A stretch of DNA of 51,807 nucleotides. Source: a virus. The DNA lies in the IMG/VR virus record IMGVR_UViG_3300048919_000084, positions 1-51,807 of that record. One strand, 5' to 3'. Each line of letters starts with the position of its first letter. Position 1 is the stretch's first letter. The position numbers and the translations under genes were made by a program. Shown here piece after piece: positions 34,595-42,250 of this stretch. The notes under the pieces are model-generated. The model ran no database searches and was not told where the DNA came from. It saw only the letters and a list, made by a program, of their open reading frames with translations.

Positions 34595-35157
34595 AAACGG
34601 TAATCATCCTCAACGGGCCTCCTGGGTGCGGAAAGGACACCATTCAGCGAGTTATGTCTCAACGCTATAACCTTGAATCACGCAGCATGAAAGAGCCAAT
34701 GTTTGATCTGGTTCGGGCCATGCTTGGCGAAACCATGTTCAAGCGATTTATGCTTGATTATGATGACCGGACGCAAAAGGAGTCTCCGCAGGAATACCTT
34801 GGCGGAAAGTCACCTAGACAGTTTATGATCTGGATTAGCGAGAGCGTAATCAAACCGCAGTTCGGAAAGCGGCATTTAGGCAACCTGGCGGCTGAAAAGC
34901 TGAAGGTTGAGAAGAGTACGGCAATCTTCAGTGATGGTGGATTCCCGGATGAAGTTGAGGCGATTGTCGAAGCTGGTTTTAAAGTGAAGCTAATCCGGCT
35001 GCATCGTGACGGCTTCACCTTTGACGGCGACTCACGTGATTACATCCATATCCCCCACCTCCTTGGTGGTTGGAATTATGCAGAGAAAGACGTGACACTT
35101 TGCGATGGTGAGATTTACCACGGCGTAAACCATGTTTACCGTGCCGCATTCGGATAG
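34591..35157 (+). CDS. P-loop kinase (T4 gp1 dNMP-kinase-like)
   Basis: Walker A LNGPPGCGKDT. 188 aa. ATGA-coupled to the phosphatase. Confidence 0.65.
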   Translation: MKTVIILNGPPGCGKDTIQRVMSQRYNLESRSMKEPMFDLVRAMLGETMFKRFMLDYDDRTQKESPQEYLGGKSPRQFMIWISESVIKPQFGKRHLGNLAAEKLKVEKSTAIFSDGGFPDEVEAIVEAGFKVKLIRLHRDGFTFDGDSRDYIHIPHLLGGWNYAEKDVTLCDGEIYHGVNHVYRAAFG

Positions 35158-35197
35158 CACCAATTGCTAAACAGGCCCGGATTATTCCGGGCATAAT
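35154..35197 (+). promoter_or_regulatory. marbox-type promoter cassette E2
   Basis: ATAGCACCAATTGCTAAACA, 18 bp (hairpin GCCCGG/CCGGGC), CATAAT. 14/14 marbox positions. The TAG of the box is the kinase stop codon. Confidence 0.65.
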
Positions 35198-35231
35198 CAC
35201 CACATCAAAAATAAATACAGAGGGCCGGTAA

Positions 35232-35351
35232 GTGAAAGATTTTATCAATTCAGCAACACGAGCAATGATTAATGTCGGGCTTGGCTGCATAGTAACTGGC
35301 GCTCTGATTTGGGTTATCATGCTGGCCTCAAACTTCAAAGGTTTTTTCTAA
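35232..35351 (+). CDS. small membrane protein (39 aa, GTG start)
   Basis: GTG 35 nt after the -10 box. Hydrophobic core VGLGCIVTGALIWVIMLA. Below the track cutoff. Confidence 0.4.
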   Translation: MKDFINSATRAMINVGLGCIVTGALIWVIMLASNFKGFF

Positions 35352-35530
35352 TGCGAGATTTTTTAGTTAAATGCACGCGGAACACTTCTCAGACTCTTCC
35401 TTATTGCGAGGGTGAAACTTACCAGGCAAAGTACGAGGGTAAAGGACTGGTTAAGGTGTTCGACGAAAAAGGCAGTTTTATTCAATGTCCTCTCAATGGG
35501 TTTTATCTGGATTTCGAAGAAATTAAATAG
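35351..35530 (+). CDS. hypothetical protein (59 aa)
   Basis: ATG overlaps the preceding TAA (TAATG). Confidence 0.5.
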   Translation: MRDFLVKCTRNTSQTLPYCEGETYQAKYEGKGLVKVFDEKGSFIQCPLNGFYLDFEEIK

Positions 35531-35555
35531 CCCGCATAATCAGTGATTAACATAC

Positions 35556-35579
35556 GGCTGCACTTTGTGCGGCCTTTTT
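35556..35579 (+). terminator. intrinsic terminator
   Basis: ggctgcac-tttg-gtgcggcc hairpin followed by T5. Confidence 0.6.
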
Positions 35580-35583
35580 GCGT

Positions 35584-35613
35584 TTGATTAATTTCGCTAC
35601 AAGGTGTTATCAT
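35584..35613 (+). promoter_or_regulatory. lysis-cassette promoter TTGATT-18-(TGt)TATCAT
   Basis: TTGATT at 35584-35589, TG at 35605-35606, TATCAT at 35608-35613. Same box types as the capsid promoter at 7320. Confidence 0.5.
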
Positions 35614-35658
35614 CCCGTCAAATTGAACCACTTAAAACACACAGGATTAGAGGCTATT

Positions 35659-35877
35659 ATGATGCGCGATTTTGTCAACGCAACCACCATGACTTCGGGT
35701 GGTGTAACACTAACAGGGGCTGCTTCCGGGCAGTTGGTTATCGGTATTTTGGGTTTGGTTTTCATGATCCTTTTTGGTGTATTTGGTGCCTGGCTGAGGC
35801 TAAAAGACTCCCGCGCATTACGCCGCGCTCTTGAGGTTGGTGATATCAAAACTGCAATGCAGATCAGGAGCAAATAA
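35659..35877 (+). CDS. holin
   Basis: 72 aa, MMRDF... with hydrophobic [23 protein letters not shown] and a charged C-terminus. Immediately precedes the endolysin. RBS GAGG. Confidence 0.7.
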   Translation: MMRDFVNATTMTSGGVTLTGAASGQLVIGILGLVFMILFGVFGAWLRLKDSRALRRALEVGDIKTAMQIRSK

Positions 35878-35878
35878 T

Positions 35879-36373
35879 ATGGGCATCATCAACCGTTACA
35901 CTGCTGGCACTGCATTCGCCGCAGCTCTGGCATTGACGCCAAAGCTACTTGGGGACGTTGAAGGAACCAGCTACTCGCCATACATTGATATTGCTGGGGT
36001 GCCAACCGTTTGTGAGGGAATTACCGGACCCGATGTGGTTATGGGTAAGAAATACTCAAGACAGGAGTGTGACAACCTGCTTTATAAGCATATCGCCGTA
36101 GCTAAAAAGGCTGTCGATGATTCGGTTAAGGTTAAGATCCCGGACACAATGAGAGCGTCGCTGTACAGCTTCACCTACAACGTTGGCGGTGGCGCTTTCA
36201 GATCTTCAACCATGCTAAAGCTGATCAACAAAGGCCAGCTGTTGAAAGCATGCGATCAGCTATTTGTATGGGAGAAGTTCACCGACCCAAAGACAAAGAA
36301 AAAAGTCCACTCGAAAGGGCTGCATAACCGCCGCCTGGTAGAGTTCTCTTATTGCGTTAAGGATCTTAAATGA
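35879..36373 (+). CDS. endolysin (T4-lysozyme/GH24-like, probable SAR type)
   Basis: Weakly hydrophobic N-terminus [14 protein letters not shown], then the catalytic pattern EG..Y.PY.D..GV.T.C.G.T. Confidence 0.85.
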   Translation: MGIINRYTAGTAFAAALALTPKLLGDVEGTSYSPYIDIAGVPTVCEGITGPDVVMGKKYSRQECDNLLYKHIAVAKKAVDDSVKVKIPDTMRASLYSFTYNVGGGAFRSSTMLKLINKGQLLKACDQLFVWEKFTDPKTKKKVHSKGLHNRRLVEFSYCVKDLK

Positions 36374-36771
36374 AACGATTAATTGTTATCGCATTTGCTT
36401 CAATCCTGCTACTTGGGTGCGCGTCGAATCCTCTGGATATCGTCAGCGCCGTGACCGGTTCAAAACCTGACATGACAGCTCAGGTTGGTGCAACAAACAC
36501 CAAGCAGGCGGTTGGCCTGACGGCTAACACTGACGCCAGCAATGAGACCGACGCCACGGTAAAGGATTCAACAGTAGGAAGCCTGGATAGCTCCAGCGGG
36601 AAAAAACTGAGCGCCACCAGTATCAGTGCCGGGATTATCAAAGCTGACACCATCCAGATCACAAACGCCAGCAGCGAATCAGGATGGCAGTGGCTGGCAT
36701 TTGGAGTCGCTTTCCTTATAGTAGCCGGTCTTGTCATACATTGGATTTTTCAACGTAAGAAAGCCCCATAA
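36370..36771 (+). CDS. unimolecular spanin (T1 gp11-type)
   Basis: Lipobox LLLGC at the N-terminus and a C-terminal [23 protein letters not shown]. 133 aa. Confidence 0.8.
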   Translation: MKRLIVIAFASILLLGCASNPLDIVSAVTGSKPDMTAQVGATNTKQAVGLTANTDASNETDATVKDSTVGSLDSSSGKKLSATSISAGIIKADTIQITNASSESGWQWLAFGVAFLIVAGLVIHWIFQRKKAP

Positions 36772-36784
36772 GGGGCTTTTTTTA
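36759..36784. terminator. bidirectional terminator (lysis genes / leftward operon)
   Basis: aaagcccc-ataa-ggggcttt hairpin followed by T-run. Confidence 0.75.
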
Positions 36785-36955
36785 TTCGTACAGCCTGACG
36801 TGAATTATACAAACACCATCCTCGTCGTTTAGTCCGTGCTCAAGCTCTCCAGAAGCCCTCATTGATGAAGCCATAAGCTGAAGCAGCGCCATGTTAAGAG
36901 CGCCTCCCGAAATCTGATTGATGGCGCAACACTCAATTATGGCGTCTATTACCAT
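36782..36955 (-). CDS. hypothetical protein (57 aa; start uncertain)
   Basis: The internal ATG at 36955 avoids a 59-nt overlap with the upstream gene. Confidence 0.35.
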   Translation of the reverse strand: MVIDAIIECCAINQISGGALNMALLQLMASSMRASGELEHGLNDEDGVCIIHVRLYE

Positions 36956-36962
36956 CTGACTT

Positions 36963-37319
36963 TCATGAAAGCTGCTTGTCGATTTCACCAAAAATCTCCT
37001 CATCGTCCATCTTGCCAACATTCAGCATAAGTCTGATGTAGTTGCTTTTCTTCGCGTCGATGGAGTGCAGGTCAAACATAAATGGCCTGCGAGCTTTATC
37101 CTTGACCCAAACCAAACCCCGATTCATATCAAGATACCCCTCCGTGCAAAGTCTGGGTATAAACTCACGAGCAACGCACGCCGCAAACTGCTTAGCCGTT
37201 ATGTCAGCGTGCCTGGCCAGCCTTTCACAGTCTCTGTGTGAATAGACATAACCCGCCAAATCCTGGCGGGTGAAGTTCTTGTGTGATTCGCAGTAACGGA
37301 ACAGATCGAATAAAAACAT
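36963..37319 (-). CDS. hypothetical protein (118 aa)
   Basis: ORF track. Closely follows the 526-aa gene. Confidence 0.55.
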   Translation of the reverse strand: MFLFDLFRYCESHKNFTRQDLAGYVYSHRDCERLARHADITAKQFAACVAREFIPRLCTEGYLDMNRGLVWVKDKARRPFMFDLHSIDAKKSNYIRLMLNVGKMDDEEIFGEIDKQLS

Positions 37320-37322
37320 CTC

Positions 37323-38903
37323 TTACCGCCCTAAGAATGCCGGGTTAATAAAAACGTCCTGATTGATGACGCACACATAATTCATCTCTTCCAGCTTGGC
37401 AAGAAGATGATCGCGAACCTTGGTTGTCACGCCAGCCTGGCCAGAGAAAGGCTTAACTTTTCGAGCCATCTCAATCAGAGTGCGCATCTTAATTACACCT
37501 TTTGAGGTTGGGCCGCGCTTAATGATGACGTCAATCAGAGCGCGAATCTCAGCATCCTCACCAGCGTGACCGGCAGCATTCGCCGCTGACAGGTATGTTT
37601 TGCTCAGCTCGTAAAACATCATGATTGCTTCCTGCATTGTCTCAAACTCAATCGTCTTTGACTTCTGAGCGCTTGAGTTAGGTGAATGCCAGTTGCGGAT
37701 CACATGAAGAACTGACGCAATCCTGATTGCCTGCTTATCGAATTTACCCATCGCACCACGAAGCATTGAGTGTGAGTATCGACCGCCATCCGATAAATCT
37801 TTTTCCATCTCCTGACGAGCTTTGTTGAGTAACCGCTCAGCAGCCGAACTAACTTTCAGGTTGACCTCAGTCTCTGTCATGATCTCGTGAATGAGCTTGT
37901 AATACTCTGCAACCAGAGACTTATCCACGCTCTCAAAAGTTGAGTTACCATTCTCATCAATGAACTGTCGCCGACCAAGGAAAGACTCCTCTCGAACCAA
38001 CAGGAATCGCTCTGAAACACCAATACCTCGCGAGCCGGCAGACATGATGGAATCAATGGTTTCGTCCTGAGCAATGACCGCAATGGCACCCATGGCAACA
38101 AAGCTCATGTTGTTATCAGCGTTGGCACGAGCGATAGAAACGTGACCGCTATCCCATGCTTTAAGCACGAGTTCACTGTTTGTTTTGCGAGAGCTATCCT
38201 GGTAAGTCAGACCAAGCAAGCTGTTGATACTGGTTGCCTCATCCGAGATAACGGAGAAGTTTCCTTGCCGATAGTTGATGCGTGCCAGACCTTCTGGCGT
38301 GGTATCGGAAACCGGAAAAATAACGTCACCCAGCTTTTCGAGCTTCTCCTGTAAATCCTCCTGCTCAGCATAAAGATCGGCAAGCTCAGTCTTTGACTTC
38401 TCCCCCTTCATTTCGTTTTTAAGTGCTGACAGCTTGGCGAGCACTGTCTTTCTCTCCTTCTTCCTGAGTTCATTGATACGCTCTGACTCAGCAACCATCG
38501 GCGCAATTGCCAGGCTGTTGATCGCAGACTTACCTGTTGACGGCGGCTGGCTTGTCACAACGTAAAGTGCTGTTGGCTGCTTTGTCCCGTGATAGTCAAC
38601 GGTAAAGCGCCCAAGCATTGCTGAGCTGACACAGGCCAGGAAGTGAATATAGGCTGATGACTCTGGGAACTGGATAGAGCGAGAAGCATTGCCAGCCAGC
38701 TTGCCAACAATGTCAACGTCATTGCCAAGTGAGATTGCCGGGTACTTTTCCGCACCGGTTTCAACGTCAGCAGCATCACCCCAAAAGTTAGCGGCGTAAG
38801 CATATCCACCTTCTGAGATCGCAACGCGCAGAGGGCTAAGGCCAGACTGGTTTGCAATTTCGATAATTTGTTGTGGGCTGATTCGCGCCTGAAATAAATT
38901 CAC
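37323..38903 (-). CDS. large P-loop-containing protein of unknown function (526 aa)
   Basis: Walker-A-like SQPPSTGKSA. GTG start 7 nt after GGAG. Confidence 0.6.
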   Translation of the reverse strand: MNLFQARISPQQIIEIANQSGLSPLRVAISEGGYAYAANFWGDAADVETGAEKYPAISLGNDVDIVGKLAGNASRSIQFPESSAYIHFLACVSSAMLGRFTVDYHGTKQPTALYVVTSQPPSTGKSAINSLAIAPMVAESERINELRKKERKTVLAKLSALKNEMKGEKSKTELADLYAEQEDLQEKLEKLGDVIFPVSDTTPEGLARINYRQGNFSVISDEATSINSLLGLTYQDSSRKTNSELVLKAWDSGHVSIARANADNNMSFVAMGAIAVIAQDETIDSIMSAGSRGIGVSERFLLVREESFLGRRQFIDENGNSTFESVDKSLVAEYYKLIHEIMTETEVNLKVSSAAERLLNKARQEMEKDLSDGGRYSHSMLRGAMGKFDKQAIRIASVLHVIRNWHSPNSSAQKSKTIEFETMQEAIMMFYELSKTYLSAANAAGHAGEDAEIRALIDVIIKRGPTSKGVIKMRTLIEMARKVKPFSGQAGVTTKVRDHLLAKLEEMNYVCVINQDVFINPAFLGR

Positions 38904-38969
38904 AGTATGACTCCATGGTGAAGCGCCGCAAAATCGCGACGCACAATGTTAACTCAACAGCTTTAGATC

Positions 38970-39401
38970 TTACAAATATTTAGCCTGGAACTTTGCAACA
39001 GCACACTCAAATCCAACCTCGGAACGGTAAAGGGTATAGCCGTAACCCTCATCATCAAAAATACGGCCCGCAACGGCACCAAGAGCGCGCCCTGATTCAA
39101 TCTGATACCGATGGCCAGGCTTGAAGCTGTCGGCCTTCTGAGGCCCGATTACGCGCATACATTTGAGCGTCTTTGATTTCAGAATGACAAAGCGTGCTTC
39201 GAGTGCATTCCCGTCGCCACGCTCTCCGATCATCTGCATGGTTTCAGAGTTAAGCTCGTGCTTGACGCCGTAATCGTCCTTGATGGTGATAATTCCATTT
39301 CCCTCATTCAGCTTTGCCTTATACAGGCGATCTGCAGTGAAGAAGTTTTTCATGGTTGAGAATTTGCACAGAACTTTGATTGACTTTGACATTTTAACCA
39401 T
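38970..39401 (-). CDS. hypothetical protein (about 143 aa; start 39401 or 39392)
   Basis: The track ORF is shortened to remove its overlap with the methyltransferase gene. Confidence 0.5.
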   Translation of the reverse strand: MVKMSKSIKVLCKFSTMKNFFTADRLYKAKLNEGNGIITIKDDYGVKHELNSETMQMIGERGDGNALEARFVILKSKTLKCMRVIGPQKADSFKPGHRYQIESGRALGAVAGRIFDDEGYGYTLYRSEVGFECAVAKFQAKYL

Positions 39402-39453
39402 CCGTTGTGTTGTTTGTGAAACAAATATACCCGCAACAGTGTGCGGGCGTTTG

Positions 39454-40158
39454 TCATTTCGTGCTGTTGGCTTCAAATACTGCGCGAGCAAAACCACGAG
39501 GTGTAAGGGATCGAATCAGCTTGGTTCGCTGGCTCTTACCTCCGAGATTTTTCCAGCCTGGATTGCTGTTTCCTGAATTTTGCACCGCCATAACATCCGG
39601 CATCACAAACCCATTACCAAACCAAAGGCAGGTTGTTTTCTGATATCCGTCACGGGCTGGGATAATGTCAGGAAATGCCGGGTGAACATCATCCTCAGAC
39701 AGGTAGCCACCATACTGGAAAGGCTGAAAGATAACGTCCGGCTTGCGCCACATTGACGACAGCTTGCCCACCGGATTCTCGATCATGTACGGGCAACCGA
39801 ATGAATCAGCAACAGACTCAGCAATCCTGCACACAGCAACAGCTTTCTCCTGGAATAGCGCATCAGCAACTGCCTTACTCGCCCAATGTCGTGAGCCAGC
39901 GTTAGTGATATCTGTACAGGGTGGAAAGGCAAACACCATGTCCGGGTGAGGAATTCCCGACTTTGCCAGGAAATGCATGAAGCCCGTGTCAATCCAGCAC
40001 TCAACGTAAGTGATGTTTGGATGCTCAATCCTGACCGGTTCATAACCTCCATGATCGCCAGAGGTTGCATTGAAGCAGTAACACTTATGGCCTGCTTCAG
40101 CCCAATCCTTCACCATGTAACCACTGCCGTCAAACAGGCTGTAAATTACTTTTTTCAT
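39454..40158 (-). CDS. C5-cytosine DNA methyltransferase-like protein
   Basis: Motif I LFDGSG, motif IV FPPCTD and motif VI MIENP, in canonical order. Confidence 0.6.
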   Translation of the reverse strand: MKKVIYSLFDGSGYMVKDWAEAGHKCYCFNATSGDHGGYEPVRIEHPNITYVECWIDTGFMHFLAKSGIPHPDMVFAFPPCTDITNAGSRHWASKAVADALFQEKAVAVCRIAESVADSFGCPYMIENPVGKLSSMWRKPDVIFQPFQYGGYLSEDDVHPAFPDIIPARDGYQKTTCLWFGNGFVMPDVMAVQNSGNSNPGWKNLGGKSQRTKLIRSLTPRGFARAVFEANSTK

Positions 40159-40167
40159 TATTGATCC

Positions 40168-40419
40168 TTAAAATGGAATGCAGTGGTCACAGTAATCATC
40201 TGGATCTGAACAGGAGCACATAAATTCTGTGTTTCCACATTCATCACAGAACTCATCGCATGGCAGGCTCTCATCGTCCATATCCATAGAACCGAGCGCA
40301 TCAGTCAGGCTGCAGTCACCACGACCAACCTTGTGACACCACTCCTCGTTGAGTCCGGCAAACATGGCCGCATTAAATCGCGCACGATATAAATCAGATG
40401 TTGGGGCATTACGCATCAT
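40168..40419 (-). CDS. Cys-rich acidic protein ending in ...CIPF (83 aa)
   Basis: CDEFCDECGNTEFMCSCSDPDDYCDHCIPF. Confidence 0.55.
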   Translation of the reverse strand: MMRNAPTSDLYRARFNAAMFAGLNEEWCHKVGRGDCSLTDALGSMDMDDESLPCDEFCDECGNTEFMCSCSDPDDYCDHCIPF

Positions 40420-40478
40420 TCATCTCGCTTTGGTAATCGGGCCGGAACATCCGACCCATGGTGTTGGTTTTAAACCGC

Positions 40479-40709
40479 TCAGGAATGCATTGCCAGAATA
40501 TGACCTTCCAATCCCCTGGCCATCGACAGGAACTGGTCATGGCTGACTTTCGTGATCGGAGTTTGGTTGCGAATGCAGACAGCAATTGCGCCATCCTGCA
40601 ACCGGGTAAAGCGAACGTACCCGATTCCATTGAGGTCCGTCTTGACGCCAACACCGCCCTCTTCATTCAGTGCGCAGATAATATTTTTGCTGGTCTTGCT
40701 CTTGCTCAT
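40479..40709 (-). CDS. hypothetical protein (76 aa)
   Basis: ATGA overlap with the upstream gene. Preferred over the alternative frame 40409..40666. Confidence 0.5.
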   Translation of the reverse strand: MSKSKTSKNIICALNEEGGVGVKTDLNGIGYVRFTRLQDGAIAVCIRNQTPITKVSHDQFLSMARGLEGHILAMHS

Positions 40710-41206
40710 TTCAAATCCTTAGTTGTCAGGCCATCAAAGGCCGAAAAGTTAAACGACATAATAGCTTTTGCGCCATCATAAAGCAATTCATTCCAGCGCC
40801 ACTCGCAAACCCGCTCGCCAGTTTGATTGCAGATAATCCACGCATAATCATACACATCGGCAAACCGGCACATTGAGAACATCTCAGGACTGAATCCTTC
40901 AAGTTTGTGAGCGTGACGATAAGCATCTGTCGCCCTTTTAACCTCTATAGCCAGATCGCGAGCCGCCTTATCACGCGCCCGGTTGCGTATCATCATTTCA
41001 ACAGAAGCCTGGCGGATAGCCTCATGAATCTCTTCGCCGCGAGCTTTCCAGTCGATAGCGTCAATCCTTTGCGTAATGTCATGATTTACGCCAGCGCCAA
41101 CAACCGGAAAGGAGAAGTCAGGTTGTGCCGGTAAATAACCAGTTAGTCCAGATGTGTTACGACGCCCAATTGCACAATCAATCTGGCCGGGTAAGAATTT
41201 CTTCAC
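40706..41206 (-). CDS. hypothetical protein (166 aa)
   Basis: ORF track. Coupled to both neighbouring genes. Confidence 0.55.
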   Translation of the reverse strand: MKKFLPGQIDCAIGRRNTSGLTGYLPAQPDFSFPVVGAGVNHDITQRIDAIDWKARGEEIHEAIRQASVEMMIRNRARDKAARDLAIEVKRATDAYRHAHKLEGFSPEMFSMCRFADVYDYAWIICNQTGERVCEWRWNELLYDGAKAIMSFNFSAFDGLTTKDLK

Positions 41207-41439
41207 TTCGCACCTCCGTTATAGCAATGCCAGAAAACCTCACGCTGCTCACCGTCAGCATGCATGTGACTCAGAGCTTCCGCCGCCTGTTCGCGATCAA
41301 TGCCAGAATCACGCAACTCTGCCGCCGCAATACAAAGACTCATCTGGCGATCATCTTTCAGTGATGCTGCGGACTGGCCAACATAGCACGAGCCGATAAA
41401 GCAAATGGATGCAATCGCAATTGCCGTTACACGTTTCAT
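41203..41439 (-). CDS. secreted protein or lipoprotein (78 aa)
   Basis: MKRVTAIAIASICFIGSC signal/lipobox-like N-terminus. ATG 6 nt after GGAG. Confidence 0.5.
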   Translation of the reverse strand: MKRVTAIAIASICFIGSCYVGQSAASLKDDRQMSLCIAAAELRDSGIDREQAAEALSHMHADGEQREVFWHCYNGGAK

Positions 41440-41469
41440 TTCAATCTCCGTTGTTTCCGATGTGACTGC

Positions 41470-41514
41470 AGTATGCCCCATTGCATTGCTGAGTGGTTAG
41501 GCAAAAAGTGCTAT
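41470..41514 (-). promoter_or_regulatory. marbox-type promoter cassette E12
   Basis: ATAGCACTTTTTGCCTAACC, 19 bp, CATACT. 13/14 marbox positions. The TAG of the box is the stop of the peptidase gene. Confidence 0.6.
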
Positions 41515-41888
41515 CGCTTAATCCACAATGCCTGGCCGGGAAATGGCATCTCATAGCAATCCAGTGATTCCCGCCTGCCATACCACGGACACCAGATTGA
41601 TTCATCCGGATACATCACGATCCAGTGTGAATGGCTGGAGCCTCTTTCCTGCCGGACTCGAACGATTCGCTTACTGCCAATCGTCTTACTGAATGGAACG
41701 CGCTCCATATCCAGGCAGAAGAAGTCACCAACAGCAATCAGATCTTTATAGCTGGATGCGTTCGGGCCTCGGTCAAGCGCACCACGCCAGCCAATCTCAA
41801 TCTCAAAGTAACTGACACCAAGCAGAGTAGCCAGAGCAGCAACCCCGCAATCATCTTTCTTACGCTGATGAATGAATGTCTCGATCAT
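41511..41888 (-). CDS. papain-fold cysteine peptidase, C39-like
   Basis: KKDDCGVAALATLLG (catalytic Cys context) and SHSHWIVMYPDE (His). ATG 8 nt after GGAGG. Confidence 0.55.
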   Translation of the reverse strand: MIETFIHQRKKDDCGVAALATLLGVSYFEIEIGWRGALDRGPNASSYKDLIAVGDFFCLDMERVPFSKTIGSKRIVRVRQERGSSHSHWIVMYPDESIWCPWYGRRESLDCYEMPFPGQALWIKR

Positions 41889-41917
41889 ATCCAAATCCTC
41901 CAGTTGGGTGAGACTGA

Positions 41918-41961
41918 AGCATAACGCCATTCATTCCTGATCGGTAGGCAAAAAGTGCTAT
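41918..41961 (-). promoter_or_regulatory. marbox-type promoter cassette E11
   Basis: ATAGCACTTTTTGCCTACCG, 18 bp, TATGCT. 12/14 marbox positions. ATG 30 nt downstream. Confidence 0.55.
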
Positions 41962-42250
41962 TTCATGAGTGCAGTTACATAGCACGCAATTGAATAGCGC
42001 GTTAGTTAATAGTGAGCGATTGAATAGTGTATGTGTTGTCACCTGACAACTCTTATTGCTTTCAAATCCTTATACTCCCGATCCAGATGTGTATCGTATT
42101 GCGGTACAGCTGTATCACATCGTGGGTTTAGTTATGTATCGGTCATTACATTATTGAGTTTGTGTATGGGTTGATGTGATGAATACACCCACCACGCCGG
42201 ACAATTTTTCCATAATTCCCAGCCAAAAGTATCATGCCAGGCTGGTGAGT

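Noticed and set aside
35165-35197. Reading TTGC(T/A)A in the cassette as an ordinary -35 hexamer for sigma70.
   Set aside because: The spacer to the -10 would be 22-23 bp in every copy, well outside the functional 16-19 bp range.
40409-40666. 85-aa alternative-frame ORF overlapping 40479..40709.
   Set aside because: It has Arg/Ser/Cys-rich shadow-like composition. The competing frame starts with an ATGA overlap to the upstream gene and looks protein-like.
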